Shown here: positions 56,099-64,000 of the stretch, in pieces
Layout of the letters: every line of letters begins with the position of its first letter
Numbering within the stretch: the first letter of the stretch is position 1
Sequence record: OL960580
Length of the DNA stretch: 64,000 bases
DNA from: Escherichia phage vB_EcoM_SA21RB
Direction: 5' to 3' (one strand)
The notes under the pieces: model-generated
Seen by the model: only the letters and a program-made list of their open reading frames with translations
What the model was told of the DNA's origin: nothing
The model's database searches: none
Translations under genes and position numbers: made by a program

Positions 56099-56129
56099 TA
56101 TAGTACCACAGCTCAAACGGAAAGTAAAC
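56099..56129 (-). promoter_or_regulatory. T4-type early promoter (conserved cassette)
   Basis: minus strand GTTTAC...TGGTACTATACAACTATC. Confidence 0.55.
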
Positions 56130-56137
56130 CGGTAAAA

Positions 56138-56161
56138 TGAAAAAAGTCTCCCGAAGGAGAC
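56138..56161 (-). terminator. intrinsic terminator
   Basis: minus RNA GUCUCC-UUCG-GGAGAC followed by UUUUUUCA. Confidence 0.65.
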
Positions 56162-56166
56162 TAATG

Positions 56167-56553
56167 TTATTCGAGGGAAAGAAGATACTTACTCTGGTAA
56201 AACATCCCAGTAATATCATCTATCGTGCTTTGAATGGCTGGAGGCATTTCTTTATAAATGCTGTTAGATTGGTCTAGTATGCGATCAATCATTTTAATTG
56301 TGTCGGTAGGAAGTTTACTGGCATCTGGAATTGAAGGCGTGTATTTTCTACCAGAATACCCCAAATATTGCTCACCAAATTTATCAATCAAATCTGGCAA
56401 CTCGGAGAAAATAAAATCGTATGCTTTGTGTCTAGCATAACTTTTAGTTTCAAAATGTGCAGAATGAAAATAAGCTTGTGCAGCCATTAATAAACCTAAG
56501 TATTCATCTGCCTTTGAAGGTTTTCCACTTTGTGAAAAGTCGCTGAATTTCAT
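56167..56553 (-). CDS. hypothetical protein (position of T4 rI.-1)
   Basis: 128 aa immediately downstream of rI. Confidence 0.55.
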
Positions 56554-56843
56554 TCAGTCTCCAATTTAATTTTCATAATTCTAGCGTATGATTGTGCCAT
56601 CTCCGCGCCTCGCTCTATACATTCAAAATCAGAAGAGCACGGGTCATTTTTATAGGTCGTTCTCATAAAACTATAGAATTGTTCAGACGATTCTACACTT
56701 TTATTTTCAAAAAGTGTATAAACGTGCCTAATACCAGATTCCATAAATTTATCAAAATGAGGATCGACATTCGCTTCAATCGATGGAGATAAAACAAATG
56801 ACAATCCTAGCATGGCAAAAAGTGCCGTTGCTTTTAAGGCCAT
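56550..56843 (-). CDS. rI: lysis inhibition regulator RI
   Basis: 97 aa MALKATALFAMLGLSFVLSPSIEANVDPHF... matches my memory of T4 RI; signal-anchor. Confidence 0.88.
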   Translation of the reverse strand: MALKATALFAMLGLSFVLSPSIEANVDPHFDKFMESGIRHVYTLFENKSVESSEQFYSFMRTTYKNDPCSSDFECIERGAEMAQSYARIMKIKLETE

Positions 56844-56855
56844 AAAGGCCTCCTA

Positions 56856-57068
56856 TCATTTTTGTCCTGTATTTACTTTATGCCGATGCACGGCCTTAAC
56901 TTTATCAAGGTATTTTTCAAAATTTCGCAATCTAGTATAGTCTGCCGGAGATTGGTTGAGTGATACTTCTCGACGCAAAGCTGAAATAACATTTCCAACT
57001 TCCCTACGAATTTCATCTAATTGAAGAACAGTAAGATTGCGAAGTTGCTTTTCAGTTAATTGTAGCAT
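56856..57068 (-). CDS. small hypothetical protein (position of T4 rI.1)
   Basis: 70 aa. Confidence 0.5.
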   Translation of the reverse strand: MLQLTEKQLRNLTVLQLDEIRREVGNVISALRREVSLNQSPADYTRLRNFEKYLDKVKAVHRHKVNTGQK

Positions 57069-57110
57069 ATATACCCCTTTAGTTAGATAAACCTATTTAT
57101 AACTTTTGCA

Positions 57111-57692
57111 CTAACCGAGCTTTTTAGTTAATTCATTCCAATGTTTTCTACACAAAGAAACATAAATTTCATCACCAATACAGATTTGATTACCTTCTTT
57201 AACTGGTGTTCCATCTTCCATTAATCGAGCTGTCATAATCGCTTTTTTACCACAATGACAAACTGCTTTTAGTTCAATAAGTTTATCTGCAATCGCCAAA
57301 AGTTCTTTAGAACCTTCAAATAATTTTCCAGCGAAATCAGTCCTTAGCCCATAAGCCATAACAGGAACATTATATGTATCAACAATTCGGCTTAATTGAT
57401 GCACTTGTTCAGTTTTTAAAAACTGAGCTTCATCTACAAATACGCAATGAATATCTTTTTGTGCTTCAGCCCATTTATAGAACTCAAAAATATCCATATC
57501 ATCCGTAATAATATTCGCTTCCTGTTTAATTCCAATGCGAGAAACGACTTCACAGACAGAATCGCGAGTATCAATAGCAGGCTTAAGAACTAATACACTC
57601 ATTCCACGTTCTTTATAATTATGTGCAGCAGTCAAAAGAGAAGCAGATTTTCCAGCATTCATTGCTGCATAAGTAAAAATTAAACTCGCCAT
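57111..57692 (-). CDS. tk: thymidine kinase
   Basis: 193 aa; P-loop AMNAGKS and Zn ribbon CHCGKK...C..H. Confidence 0.95.
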   Translation of the reverse strand: MASLIFTYAAMNAGKSASLLTAAHNYKERGMSVLVLKPAIDTRDSVCEVVSRIGIKQEANIITDDMDIFEFYKWAEAQKDIHCVFVDEAQFLKTEQVHQLSRIVDTYNVPVMAYGLRTDFAGKLFEGSKELLAIADKLIELKAVCHCGKKAIMTARLMEDGTPVKEGNQICIGDEIYVSLCRKHWNELTKKLG

Positions 57693-57701
57693 ATCACCTT
57701 C

Positions 57702-57887
57702 TTAAAGCGTATTCACATAAGCTATTAATTCGTTTTCTTTCTTATCAAACCGATCAGCAAATTCTTCTTGCTGTTCGGGAGATAGCGGGCCGTATTCATC
57801 ATAAAAGGTGTTTGCTTCTGTATGCTCATCTAGAAGTTCATGGATAAGCTCAAACAATTTATCTTTTTGTTCTTTACTCAGACTCAT
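57702..57887 (-). CDS. small hypothetical protein
   Basis: 61 aa, acidic. Confidence 0.45.
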   Translation of the reverse strand: MSLSKEQKDKLFELIHELLDEHTEANTFYDEYGPLSPEQQEEFADRFDKKENELIAYVNTL

Positions 57888-58056
57888 ATATTAATTCCAG
57901 GAGTTTTAAAATAATTCGCTTTTGCTTAAATATTTCCATAGTTAAATGACCAGTATCTTTTTGACCGATTCCAATGGCAAAACCTTTATTAACAGCGAGT
58001 TCAATTAAATTATCAAGCTCACGTAACACTTCGTATTGTAACTCAAAACTATTCAT
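57874..58056 (-). CDS. small hypothetical protein
   Basis: 60 aa. Confidence 0.45.
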   Translation of the reverse strand: MNSFELQYEVLRELDNLIELAVNKGFAIGIGQKDTGHLTMEIFKQKRIILKLLELIYESE

Positions 58057-58280
58057 TTTGGTTTACCTTCTTTAACGAAATCAGGATAAGGATAAAATCC
58101 TGAATAAAATCCTTCACCTTTATGATTGATGCATCCTTTATTAGAACAATAGCACCAATAATCGAAATCACAAGTCATTTCATCGTTGCATAAAGCAAAA
58201 ACAACCGGCCACTTACACTTTTCACAGTGGGCATTTTTAAGAATACTAGTTTGGCTCATAACCATGTAACCTTTAAGCAA
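58053..58280 (-). CDS. small Cys-rich protein
   Basis: 75 aa; CEKCKW...CNDEMTC...CYCSNKGC. Confidence 0.45.
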   Translation of the reverse strand: MLKGYMVMSQTSILKNAHCEKCKWPVVFALCNDEMTCDFDYWCYCSNKGCINHKGEGFYSGFYPYPDFVKEGKPK

Positions 58281-58468
58281 TATTCTTCTACATGTTGTTT
58301 ACGACCTTTCTTATCAATAAAGGTATATTCAACGAATGTTCCAATGTAGTCTTTATCTACATCATGTGGACTATTAATTGGACATTTAGTGCGGCAAATG
58401 CGTTCCCATTGACGAATAATTACTGCTTTGTTTTTAGGATCAAACGGATGTGGGTAATGTACTTTCAT
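58256..58468 (-). CDS. small hypothetical protein
   Basis: 70 aa. Confidence 0.45.
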   Translation of the reverse strand: MKVHYPHPFDPKNKAVIIRQWERICRTKCPINSPHDVDKDYIGTFVEYTFIDKKGRKQHVEEYCLKVTWL

Positions 58469-58919
58469 AATCCACCACTATTAAATCAATATCAGGAGTA
58501 AACATGTCGATTAATTTAGAAACCTTATCCCAATCACCGCCAGCAATACCACAACCTATGCGTGGAATGTAAATTACTGGTTTAAACAAAAGGGTTTCTG
58601 CCTGTAGATTTAATTCTATCATGCAGTTTACTAAAGCACCATAATCAAGATTAGGACCTGGTTCGTATTGCGTATACAGGTTATAGCATATACCAAATCC
58701 CGTAGGACTATGTTTAAAAACAATAGACATATCGCCTAATTTATCACGAGAACCGTACTCAGTAGTGGTTTTATCTATTTCTAAAATTTTGGGATAGGCT
58801 CTTGCTAATTGACCCGCTACGCCTGAACCCATAGTATGAAAACAATTGCACCCGTGCGCAATAATATTACCTTGAAGAAATAGGGCGACAATATCGCCCT
58901 TGATATATTTTACAATCAT
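58440..58919 (-). CDS. macro-domain-like protein
   Basis: 159 aa; GDIV...HGCNCFHTMGSGVAGQL and IPRIGCGIAGGDW resemble the two glycine-rich loops of macro domains. Confidence 0.55.
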   Translation of the reverse strand: MIVKYIKGDIVALFLQGNIIAHGCNCFHTMGSGVAGQLARAYPKILEIDKTTTEYGSRDKLGDMSIVFKHSPTGFGICYNLYTQYEPGPNLDYGALVNCMIELNLQAETLLFKPVIYIPRIGCGIAGGDWDKVSKLIDMFTPDIDLIVVDYESTLPTSV

Positions 58920-59257
58920 CTAGTACTCAATCCTCGATTATAAGAATCTACCAAACGGTCAACCATTGAATGACAAGCGGCTTTATCTTTTTCCTCCGCA
59001 ACTGAACATTCTAGGGTATTCCACTTTTTAGCATATCGTTTTAACAATGTATCATTTTTGTATCTGCTTGATTTATCTCTTTCTCCGTCTTTATATGCAT
59101 ATATTAATTTCTGTGCAAATTCAGCTTGGCATGCTTTATTTTTCCCGCAATAATCCGCTGCAGTACGGTTTACATACTCTCTAATTTCAGTATATGATGT
59201 ATCTGCTAACGCAGAAAATGAAATTAATCCTATACATAAAACCAAAATTTTAGTCAT
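58916..59257 (-). CDS. secreted small protein
   Basis: 113 aa; signal peptide MTKILVLCIGLISFSALA; four Cys. Confidence 0.55.
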   Translation of the reverse strand: MTKILVLCIGLISFSALADTSYTEIREYVNRTAADYCGKNKACQAEFAQKLIYAYKDGERDKSSRYKNDTLLKRYAKKWNTLECSVAEEKDKAACHSMVDRLVDSYNRGLSTR

Positions 59258-59795
59258 TTACTATTTCCAAAAGTTTATTATTTTTAAGGTAATTAGCCTT
59301 TTCTAGGACTTCAGAAGCATATTTAGAACCTGCTTTAACATTCCATCCCGAATTATAAGAGGATATTGCTTTTCTTATATCGCCCTTATGTATATTTAAC
59401 CAATAAGAAAGTTCAATGTACGCCCAGGAAGCTGAATTGGATCGTTTATTCAACATTCTTTTTATTTCAGCATCGGTCATATTATAACCAAGTTCCTTAA
59501 CTCTTGCTCGCATAGTAGGCAAATAATTTTGGAACATTCCATAAGCGTGATGCTTTGGTTTAGATTTTAAATTAACTCCGCCAGAGCTTTCTTGCCATAA
59601 AATAGCAGCCATTATATGACCTAATCCGCTCTTGTGGATATTTTTGTGTGTTTTATATTTTCCATCCTTAGAAAATTGTTCCCCGAATTGATACGCGTAA
59701 CGCATGTTATCGAGTTGGACATTACTGAAAGTATGCTCGGAGCTATGTGCCATCATTGAAATGGCCAATAGACCAGCGAGTAGTGCTTTTCTCAT
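59250..59795 (-). CDS. secreted lytic-transglycosylase-like protein
   Basis: 181 aa; signal peptide; LWQESSGG followed by Y..GMFQ, SLT-like. Confidence 0.5.
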   Translation of the reverse strand: MRKALLAGLLAISMMAHSSEHTFSNVQLDNMRYAYQFGEQFSKDGKYKTHKNIHKSGLGHIMAAILWQESSGGVNLKSKPKHHAYGMFQNYLPTMRARVKELGYNMTDAEIKRMLNKRSNSASWAYIELSYWLNIHKGDIRKAISSYNSGWNVKAGSKYASEVLEKANYLKNNKLLEIVND

Positions 59796-59802
59796 GCTTA
59801 CC

Positions 59803-60264
59803 TCATTGAGTTTTAATTACTGCTTTAGAAGCCTTTCCTGGTAAACGACGACTGTTAATAATTGCCATCCTGCATTGAAGCGACGGGTCTTTGAACTTCG
59901 CATTAGGTTTACAAACTGTAAATCCAAGCCAAAGATTTCCATCTGTGATTTCTAAACGTCCAGGACGATATTCAACCCCATCAATAAAATCCTCGTCAAT
60001 GTCAGGACGAGGAGGCATACTCAGGAATTCATTAACTTCTAAAACATGGTCTTTTATTTTATGGAATAATTCAAAAACGTATGTCTCATCAATCTCCCGT
60101 TGAATTGCACGATCAAGAAGATGTTGAGAATATTTTAGATGAAACGATGAGACCCCTGCTGCTTTTGATGCCTCACGAATCTCATTGTTAATTTGACGAA
60201 ACTCCGACTCAAAGTGACGACGAAGCTTATTTCGACGGATAAAAACTTCTGTGTTGATAGTCAT
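59803..60264 (-). CDS. regB: RegB endoribonuclease
   Basis: 153 aa MTINTEVFIRRNKLRRHFESEF...; length and neighbourhood as in T4. Confidence 0.85.
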   Translation of the reverse strand: MTINTEVFIRRNKLRRHFESEFRQINNEIREASKAAGVSSFHLKYSQHLLDRAIQREIDETYVFELFHKIKDHVLEVNEFLSMPPRPDIDEDFIDGVEYRPGRLEITDGNLWLGFTVCKPNAKFKDPSLQCRMAIINSRRLPGKASKAVIKTQ

Positions 60265-60291
60265 GTTATTCTCCTCTTAACTGATAGAAAA

Positions 60292-60321
60292 ATTATACCA
60301 CAGTCAAGAGGAAAAGTAAAC
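60292..60321 (-). promoter_or_regulatory. T4-type early promoter for regB
   Basis: minus strand GTTTAC, 18 nt, TATAAT directly upstream of the regB SD and ATG. Confidence 0.5.
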
Positions 60322-60323
60322 AG

Positions 60324-60644
60324 TTATTCTTTAAATCTAATCAATTTATTCATAGACTTTGAAACTTCTGCACGAACCTCATGTAGATTTTTGAGCTGTT
60401 CAAGGCGCTGCGTATAGTAAGCAATTTCATCTTCTTCGAGACAGTCCTGTGAATCTTCTTTAAGATAACGTGCATAGTCCTGGAAAGCGTTACGGATTAC
60501 TTCCTGGAAATCATCAAGACTTTGAATTTTCTTAGGAGCAGCAGATACACGACGAGGGGCAGTATAATACTCATAACCAAACCCTGCACTTAATTGAGCC
60601 ATTAATATTTTTCCTCTGGTTGGAACATTGCACGACAAGCCCAC
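60324..60644 (-). CDS. hypothetical protein
   Basis: 106 aa. Confidence 0.5.
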   Translation of the reverse strand: MGLSCNVPTRGKILMAQLSAGFGYEYYTAPRRVSAAPKKIQSLDDFQEVIRNAFQDYARYLKEDSQDCLEEDEIAYYTQRLEQLKNLHEVRAEVSKSMNKLIRFKE

Positions 60645-60904
60645 ATACTGGCTTCTTTGAGTTTCGTTTTAGCAATAGTTAACTGATCGAGGCTTTCAGC
60701 ATAATTCTTCGCGAGTTCATCATCTTCACAGCTATCGAATGCTTCCCAGAATTCATCATATAAAGCATCAAAGATAAGTCCTAAACGAACTTCAGCGTCT
60801 TTGATAGCATTCACTTTACCGATTTTCTCTTCAGTATGCGGCTTATAACCTTTAATGTCTTCAATCATATTTGACTTCCTCACCAGTACATAAATCATAT
60901 TCAA
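60602..60904 (-). CDS. hypothetical acidic protein
   Basis: 100 aa; overlaps the neighbour by 43 nt, start uncertain. Confidence 0.45.
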   Translation of the reverse strand: MNMIYVLVRKSNMIEDIKGYKPHTEEKIGKVNAIKDAEVRLGLIFDALYDEFWEAFDSCEDDELAKNYAESLDQLTIAKTKLKEASMWACRAMFQPEEKY

Positions 60905-61082
60905 CTAAACGAATAGGTTCATGAATGCCATATCCCTGAACAGAAATTTCTGTCGTAGGATAAATTCCATCAATATCACCCATATTCCACGCTTCGTTAA
61001 ATTGCTGTTCGCCTGAATTACTAAACCACTCGGCGAAAGCATTTAGCACATCTTTAGAACCTTCAATAATTATCTTTGCCAT
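60861..61082 (-). CDS. small hypothetical protein
   Basis: 73 aa. Confidence 0.45.
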   Translation of the reverse strand: MAKIIIEGSKDVLNAFAEWFSNSGEQQFNEAWNMGDIDGIYPTTEISVQGYGIHEPIRLVEYDLCTGEEVKYD

Positions 61083-61444
61083 TACAAACTCTCGGTAAAG
61101 GTACGAGCGATAACGTCGCGCTGCTGTTCCGGAGTCAGAGAGTTAAAGCGAACTGCATAACCGGATACACGGATGGTCAGCTGCGGATATTTTTCCGGAT
61201 GCTTAACTGCATCTTCCAGAGTTTCACGACGCAGAACGTTAACGTTCAGGTGTTGACCACCTTCAACTTTAACTGTAGGCTGTTGCTCAATTTCAATTTC
61301 ACGGGCATGCAAACCGTAGAAAATTTCTGGGTCTACAAAAGAGTCCTCTTTAAAGGTTTTAGAGACAATAATTCGTGCTTGAATACCATCTTCAAAATAA
61401 ATAGTACCTTTATGTGTGCCTTCAAGAATTTGATATGCTTTCAT
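61082..61444 (-). CDS. autonomous glycyl radical cofactor (GrcA/YfiD-like)
   Basis: 120 aa; C-terminal [25 protein letters not shown] glycine-radical signature. Confidence 0.7.
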   Translation of the reverse strand: MKAYQILEGTHKGTIYFEDGIQARIIVSKTFKEDSFVDPEIFYGLHAREIEIEQQPTVKVEGGQHLNVNVLRRETLEDAVKHPEKYPQLTIRVSGYAVRFNSLTPEQQRDVIARTFTESL

Positions 61445-61451
61445 ATAAACC

Positions 61452-61832
61452 TCAATTAGAAAATAAATTTATCCAAGATTGTTCTTTAATTAAAAATGGC
61501 TCAGAATCATATGCCATTAAACTCTGCGTGATTAGTCCTTTAAAAGGTCCATCAATAAATTCCATGGTAAAATATGGAATTTTATTCATTAGCCGTGCAT
61601 TAGGAGCAGTACATAAAACTTTGCATCCTTTGAATACACCCTTTTGTAATTTGTATTGCTTGGGATAAAATTCGCTCAAAATGTTATTATTTGCTAAAAT
61701 TTCAAAATGATTCACCAATTTATTTTTAATAGTTTTTGGCGAAAAATAAAGATATTCGAAAAGCTGAGTGTCTGTCATCATTGCATTCCGATTACGAAAA
61801 ACTGTGGACGAGTAATACCGCCAATACAACAT
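61452..61832 (-). CDS. hypothetical protein
   Basis: 126 aa; overlaps the upstream gene in another frame, start uncertain. Confidence 0.45.
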   Translation of the reverse strand: MLYWRYYSSTVFRNRNAMMTDTQLFEYLYFSPKTIKNKLVNHFEILANNNILSEFYPKQYKLQKGVFKGCKVLCTAPNARLMNKIPYFTMEFIDGPFKGLITQSLMAYDSEPFLIKEQSWINLFSN

Positions 61833-62317
61833 TTAATATTACAGCAGCAGTGTACGGTGTCAATATGGACACTATAAATCTTATCCATATCAGGAGATTT
61901 GACAGGCTCGTCAATTATATACAAAATTCGCGAAAGCGATAAACCTCTGAACTTGCTTCCTTTATTACCTATAAAACTGCGCACAGAATCAGTAAATAAA
62001 CGAAAACGTATATCATCATTAGAATAACGCGAAAATTCCTTTTTAATGTTATTTGCAGAAATTTTAGCGTAAGCTGAAGTATTAGAAAGAACAATAACTG
62101 TTCCACCGTCATACAACCAATTAGCGGCAAAATTAGTTACTGCAGTTGATTTACCAGATTGACGTCCACCATCTAGTCGAAGTGTGCAATACTGCTTAAG
62201 TAAGTCTTCAAATGGCGGGATATATTCGTTTTTACAAATTTCTTCTACTCTAGCGTCAGAATGGTGTGTAAAAGCATTCATCAGGGATAGATAAGGACCA
62301 GTTAAAAATGTTCTCAT
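61778..62317 (-). CDS. P-loop NTPase-like protein
   Basis: ORF track extends to 62365; ATG 62317 gives 179 aa; Walker A GGRQSGKST. Confidence 0.5.
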   Translation of the reverse strand: MRTFLTGPYLSLMNAFTHHSDARVEEICKNEYIPPFEDLLKQYCTLRLDGGRQSGKSTAVTNFAANWLYDGGTVIVLSNTSAYAKISANNIKKEFSRYSNDDIRFRLFTDSVRSFIGNKGSKFRGLSLSRILYIIDEPVKSPDMDKIYSVHIDTVHCCCNIKCCIGGITRPQFFVIGMQ

Positions 62318-62470
62318 TTTCTTCTCTCTAAATTTGGGCCATTCCATGGCGCATGAATTGTCCATTTCTGTATTTACCCATTACCGCACTTGGGCTCGAC
62401 CTTATTACAGGTTGGCGGGAATCCCTCATAGAATCATGAGGTCCAGCTTGTTCCCATATTTCTTATTTGC

Positions 62471-62944
62471 TTATTTGAATGATTTGACGTACTGAATAGA
62501 ACCTTTACTATTCACGAAAGCGATTTTACCATTTTTATTATACATGGTAGCAGTACGCTGATAGCCATAAGTTTGTTTACCAGATTGATAACCAACTAAT
62601 GCGAAATTATCTTCACCCATTTTATTCTGTTTAGCGCGAATACGTTCATGACCGTGTGCCATAAGAACCTTAGCATCACCAGTTGCAATGGATCGACGAG
62701 TTTTTTCATCTTCAACTGTATTAACAAAGTCGTCAAATGAATCAAATTTAGCATGAGATTTATTATACAGTTTTCCATCTACTGCATAATTATATCCTTG
62801 TACATCCATCTCAACTTCTGTACCATCATCCAATACAGCAGTGATTTTCTGACCTTTTTTAAATTTCAAAAGATCAGTAAAAGATTCAGCAATAATTTGA
62901 GAATTAATAGCTGCTTCAGTAATAAATTCTTGATATGTTTTCAT
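62471..62944 (-). CDS. internal-protein-like head protein with capsid targeting sequence
   Basis: 157 aa starting MKTYQEFITEA, the conserved N-terminal targeting sequence of T4 internal proteins; length differs from T4 IPII. Confidence 0.7.
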   Translation of the reverse strand: MKTYQEFITEAAINSQIIAESFTDLLKFKKGQKITAVLDDGTEVEMDVQGYNYAVDGKLYNKSHAKFDSFDDFVNTVEDEKTRRSIATGDAKVLMAHGHERIRAKQNKMGEDNFALVGYQSGKQTYGYQRTATMYNKNGKIAFVNSKGSIQYVKSFK

Positions 62945-62985
62945 ATGTTTCCTTTAAATGTAAATAGGTCTGAGTATTAGCTTTA

Positions 62986-63567
62986 TTAAGAATTACCACG
63001 GGCTGCATTAGCAACGGCGTAAGCGTACTGAACATTAGCGTCTTTAAACGTACCTTTAGAGGTATCTAGTTCTGCCTTAAAGCCGCCTTTAGTCATAACC
63101 TCGGCGAATTCTTTACGGAAAGCCATTGCATCAAGGCTTCTCCATGATGATTTGTGCTTGGCGAATTCAAGACCAGCGTAGTTGACAGCCTTAGCTAATT
63201 TATTATCAATAACCCATTTACCAGATTTAGGCACAAACACCGGGCCTTTCTGTTTAGAGAATAGTTTTAAATTCCAGCGACGAAGGTCACCGTCAGCTTT
63301 AACAAAAGCTGCGTCCAAGTTACTAGCAACAACATCTTGAATATGACCAAATTTAAGCCCATCAACTTCAATATTTAAATCGGTACGCCAGCGAAGTCCT
63401 TCCCAAGCGAAGGCTTTAAAGTCGGAAGCCTTTGTAGCTAAGTACCGTTCAATAGGAGCTGTTTTAGGGTCAAAGCCGTTTCCCGATCGGTAGGTCCACT
63501 CATCTTTATTAATGCCTTTGGCCTTTACTACAGAAGCTTCGGCAATAAATTCTTGATAGGTTTTCAT
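62986..63567 (-). CDS. ipIII: internal protein III
   Basis: 193 aa starting MKTYQEFIAEA; length matches T4 IPIII; directly upstream of e. Confidence 0.7.
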   Translation of the reverse strand: MKTYQEFIAEASVVKAKGINKDEWTYRSGNGFDPKTAPIERYLATKASDFKAFAWEGLRWRTDLNIEVDGLKFGHIQDVVASNLDAAFVKADGDLRRWNLKLFSKQKGPVFVPKSGKWVIDNKLAKAVNYAGLEFAKHKSSWRSLDAMAFRKEFAEVMTKGGFKAELDTSKGTFKDANVQYAYAVANAARGNS

Positions 63568-63627
63568 GTGTATCCTTTAAATGTAATTATTTTAATTAAT
63601 AATTTATCTCTTCAAGTAACTGTGAAT

Positions 63628-63657
63628 ATACTATCACAATTCCAAGAGAAAGTAAAC
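63628..63657 (-). promoter_or_regulatory. T4-type early promoter for the internal protein genes
   Basis: minus strand GTTTAC, 18 nt, TAGTAT between e and ipIII. Confidence 0.5.
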
Positions 63658-63661
63658 GGCT

Positions 63662-64000
<339 letters not shown>

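Noticed and set aside
62318-62470. Possible tRNA or other structured RNA gene in the 150-bp non-coding segment
   Set aside because: I could not fold a cloverleaf with a proper acceptor stem and T-loop (GGTCGAGCCC is not a GGTTCGAAT-type T arm), and the T4 tRNA cluster lies elsewhere. Kept only as a non-coding oddity in a finding.
1990-63000. Plus-strand ORFs of 60-160 aa listed in the track inside or antisense to minus-strand genes (e.g. 1990-2238, 2980-3189, 4208-4681, 5175-5414, 10408-10632, 26727-27071, 30683-31099, 44906-45283)
   Set aside because: They lie entirely within well-supported minus-strand genes, lack SD sequences and have the low-complexity composition expected of antisense frames in AT-rich DNA. 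The only plus-strand ORF kept is 16878-17078.

Overview
This window reads as the early/replication region of a T-even (T4-type) coliphage, almost entirely transcribed on the minus strand. Recognisable genes in T4 order: rIIA, gene 39 (topoisomerase), dexA, dda, modA/modB, soc, 56, 61, sp, dmd, 41, 40, uvsX, a glycosyltransferase, 42, imm, 43, regA, 62, 44, 45, rpbA, 46, 47, alpha-gt, 55, nrdG, nrdD, 49, nrdC, rI, tk, regB, two internal-protein genes and the 3' part of e (lysozyme). Between these sit blocks of small or unknown ORFs punctuated by T4-type early promoters (GTTTAC -35), MotA-box middle promoters, one TATAAATA late promoter and C(UUCG)G tetraloop hairpins. It differs from T4 as I remember it: gene 39 is a single 605-aa ORF (no gene 60 bypass, no mobA), nrdD is uninterrupted, no homing-endonuclease genes are evident, there is no denV-like ORF next to the internal-protein genes, and the beta-gt locus holds an unrelated DXD glycosyltransferase. 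That pattern is T2/T6-like. I did not find a clear-cut new defence or anti-defence system. The best candidates for undescribed biology are the accessory islands: a four-gene coiled-coil paralogue array, a triplicated paralogue family, an ATPase plus nucleotidyltransferase pair, a macro-domain protein, a variant internal protein and a plus-strand membrane mini-gene. All calls rest on reading the sequence and memory of T4 proteins; no searches were run.
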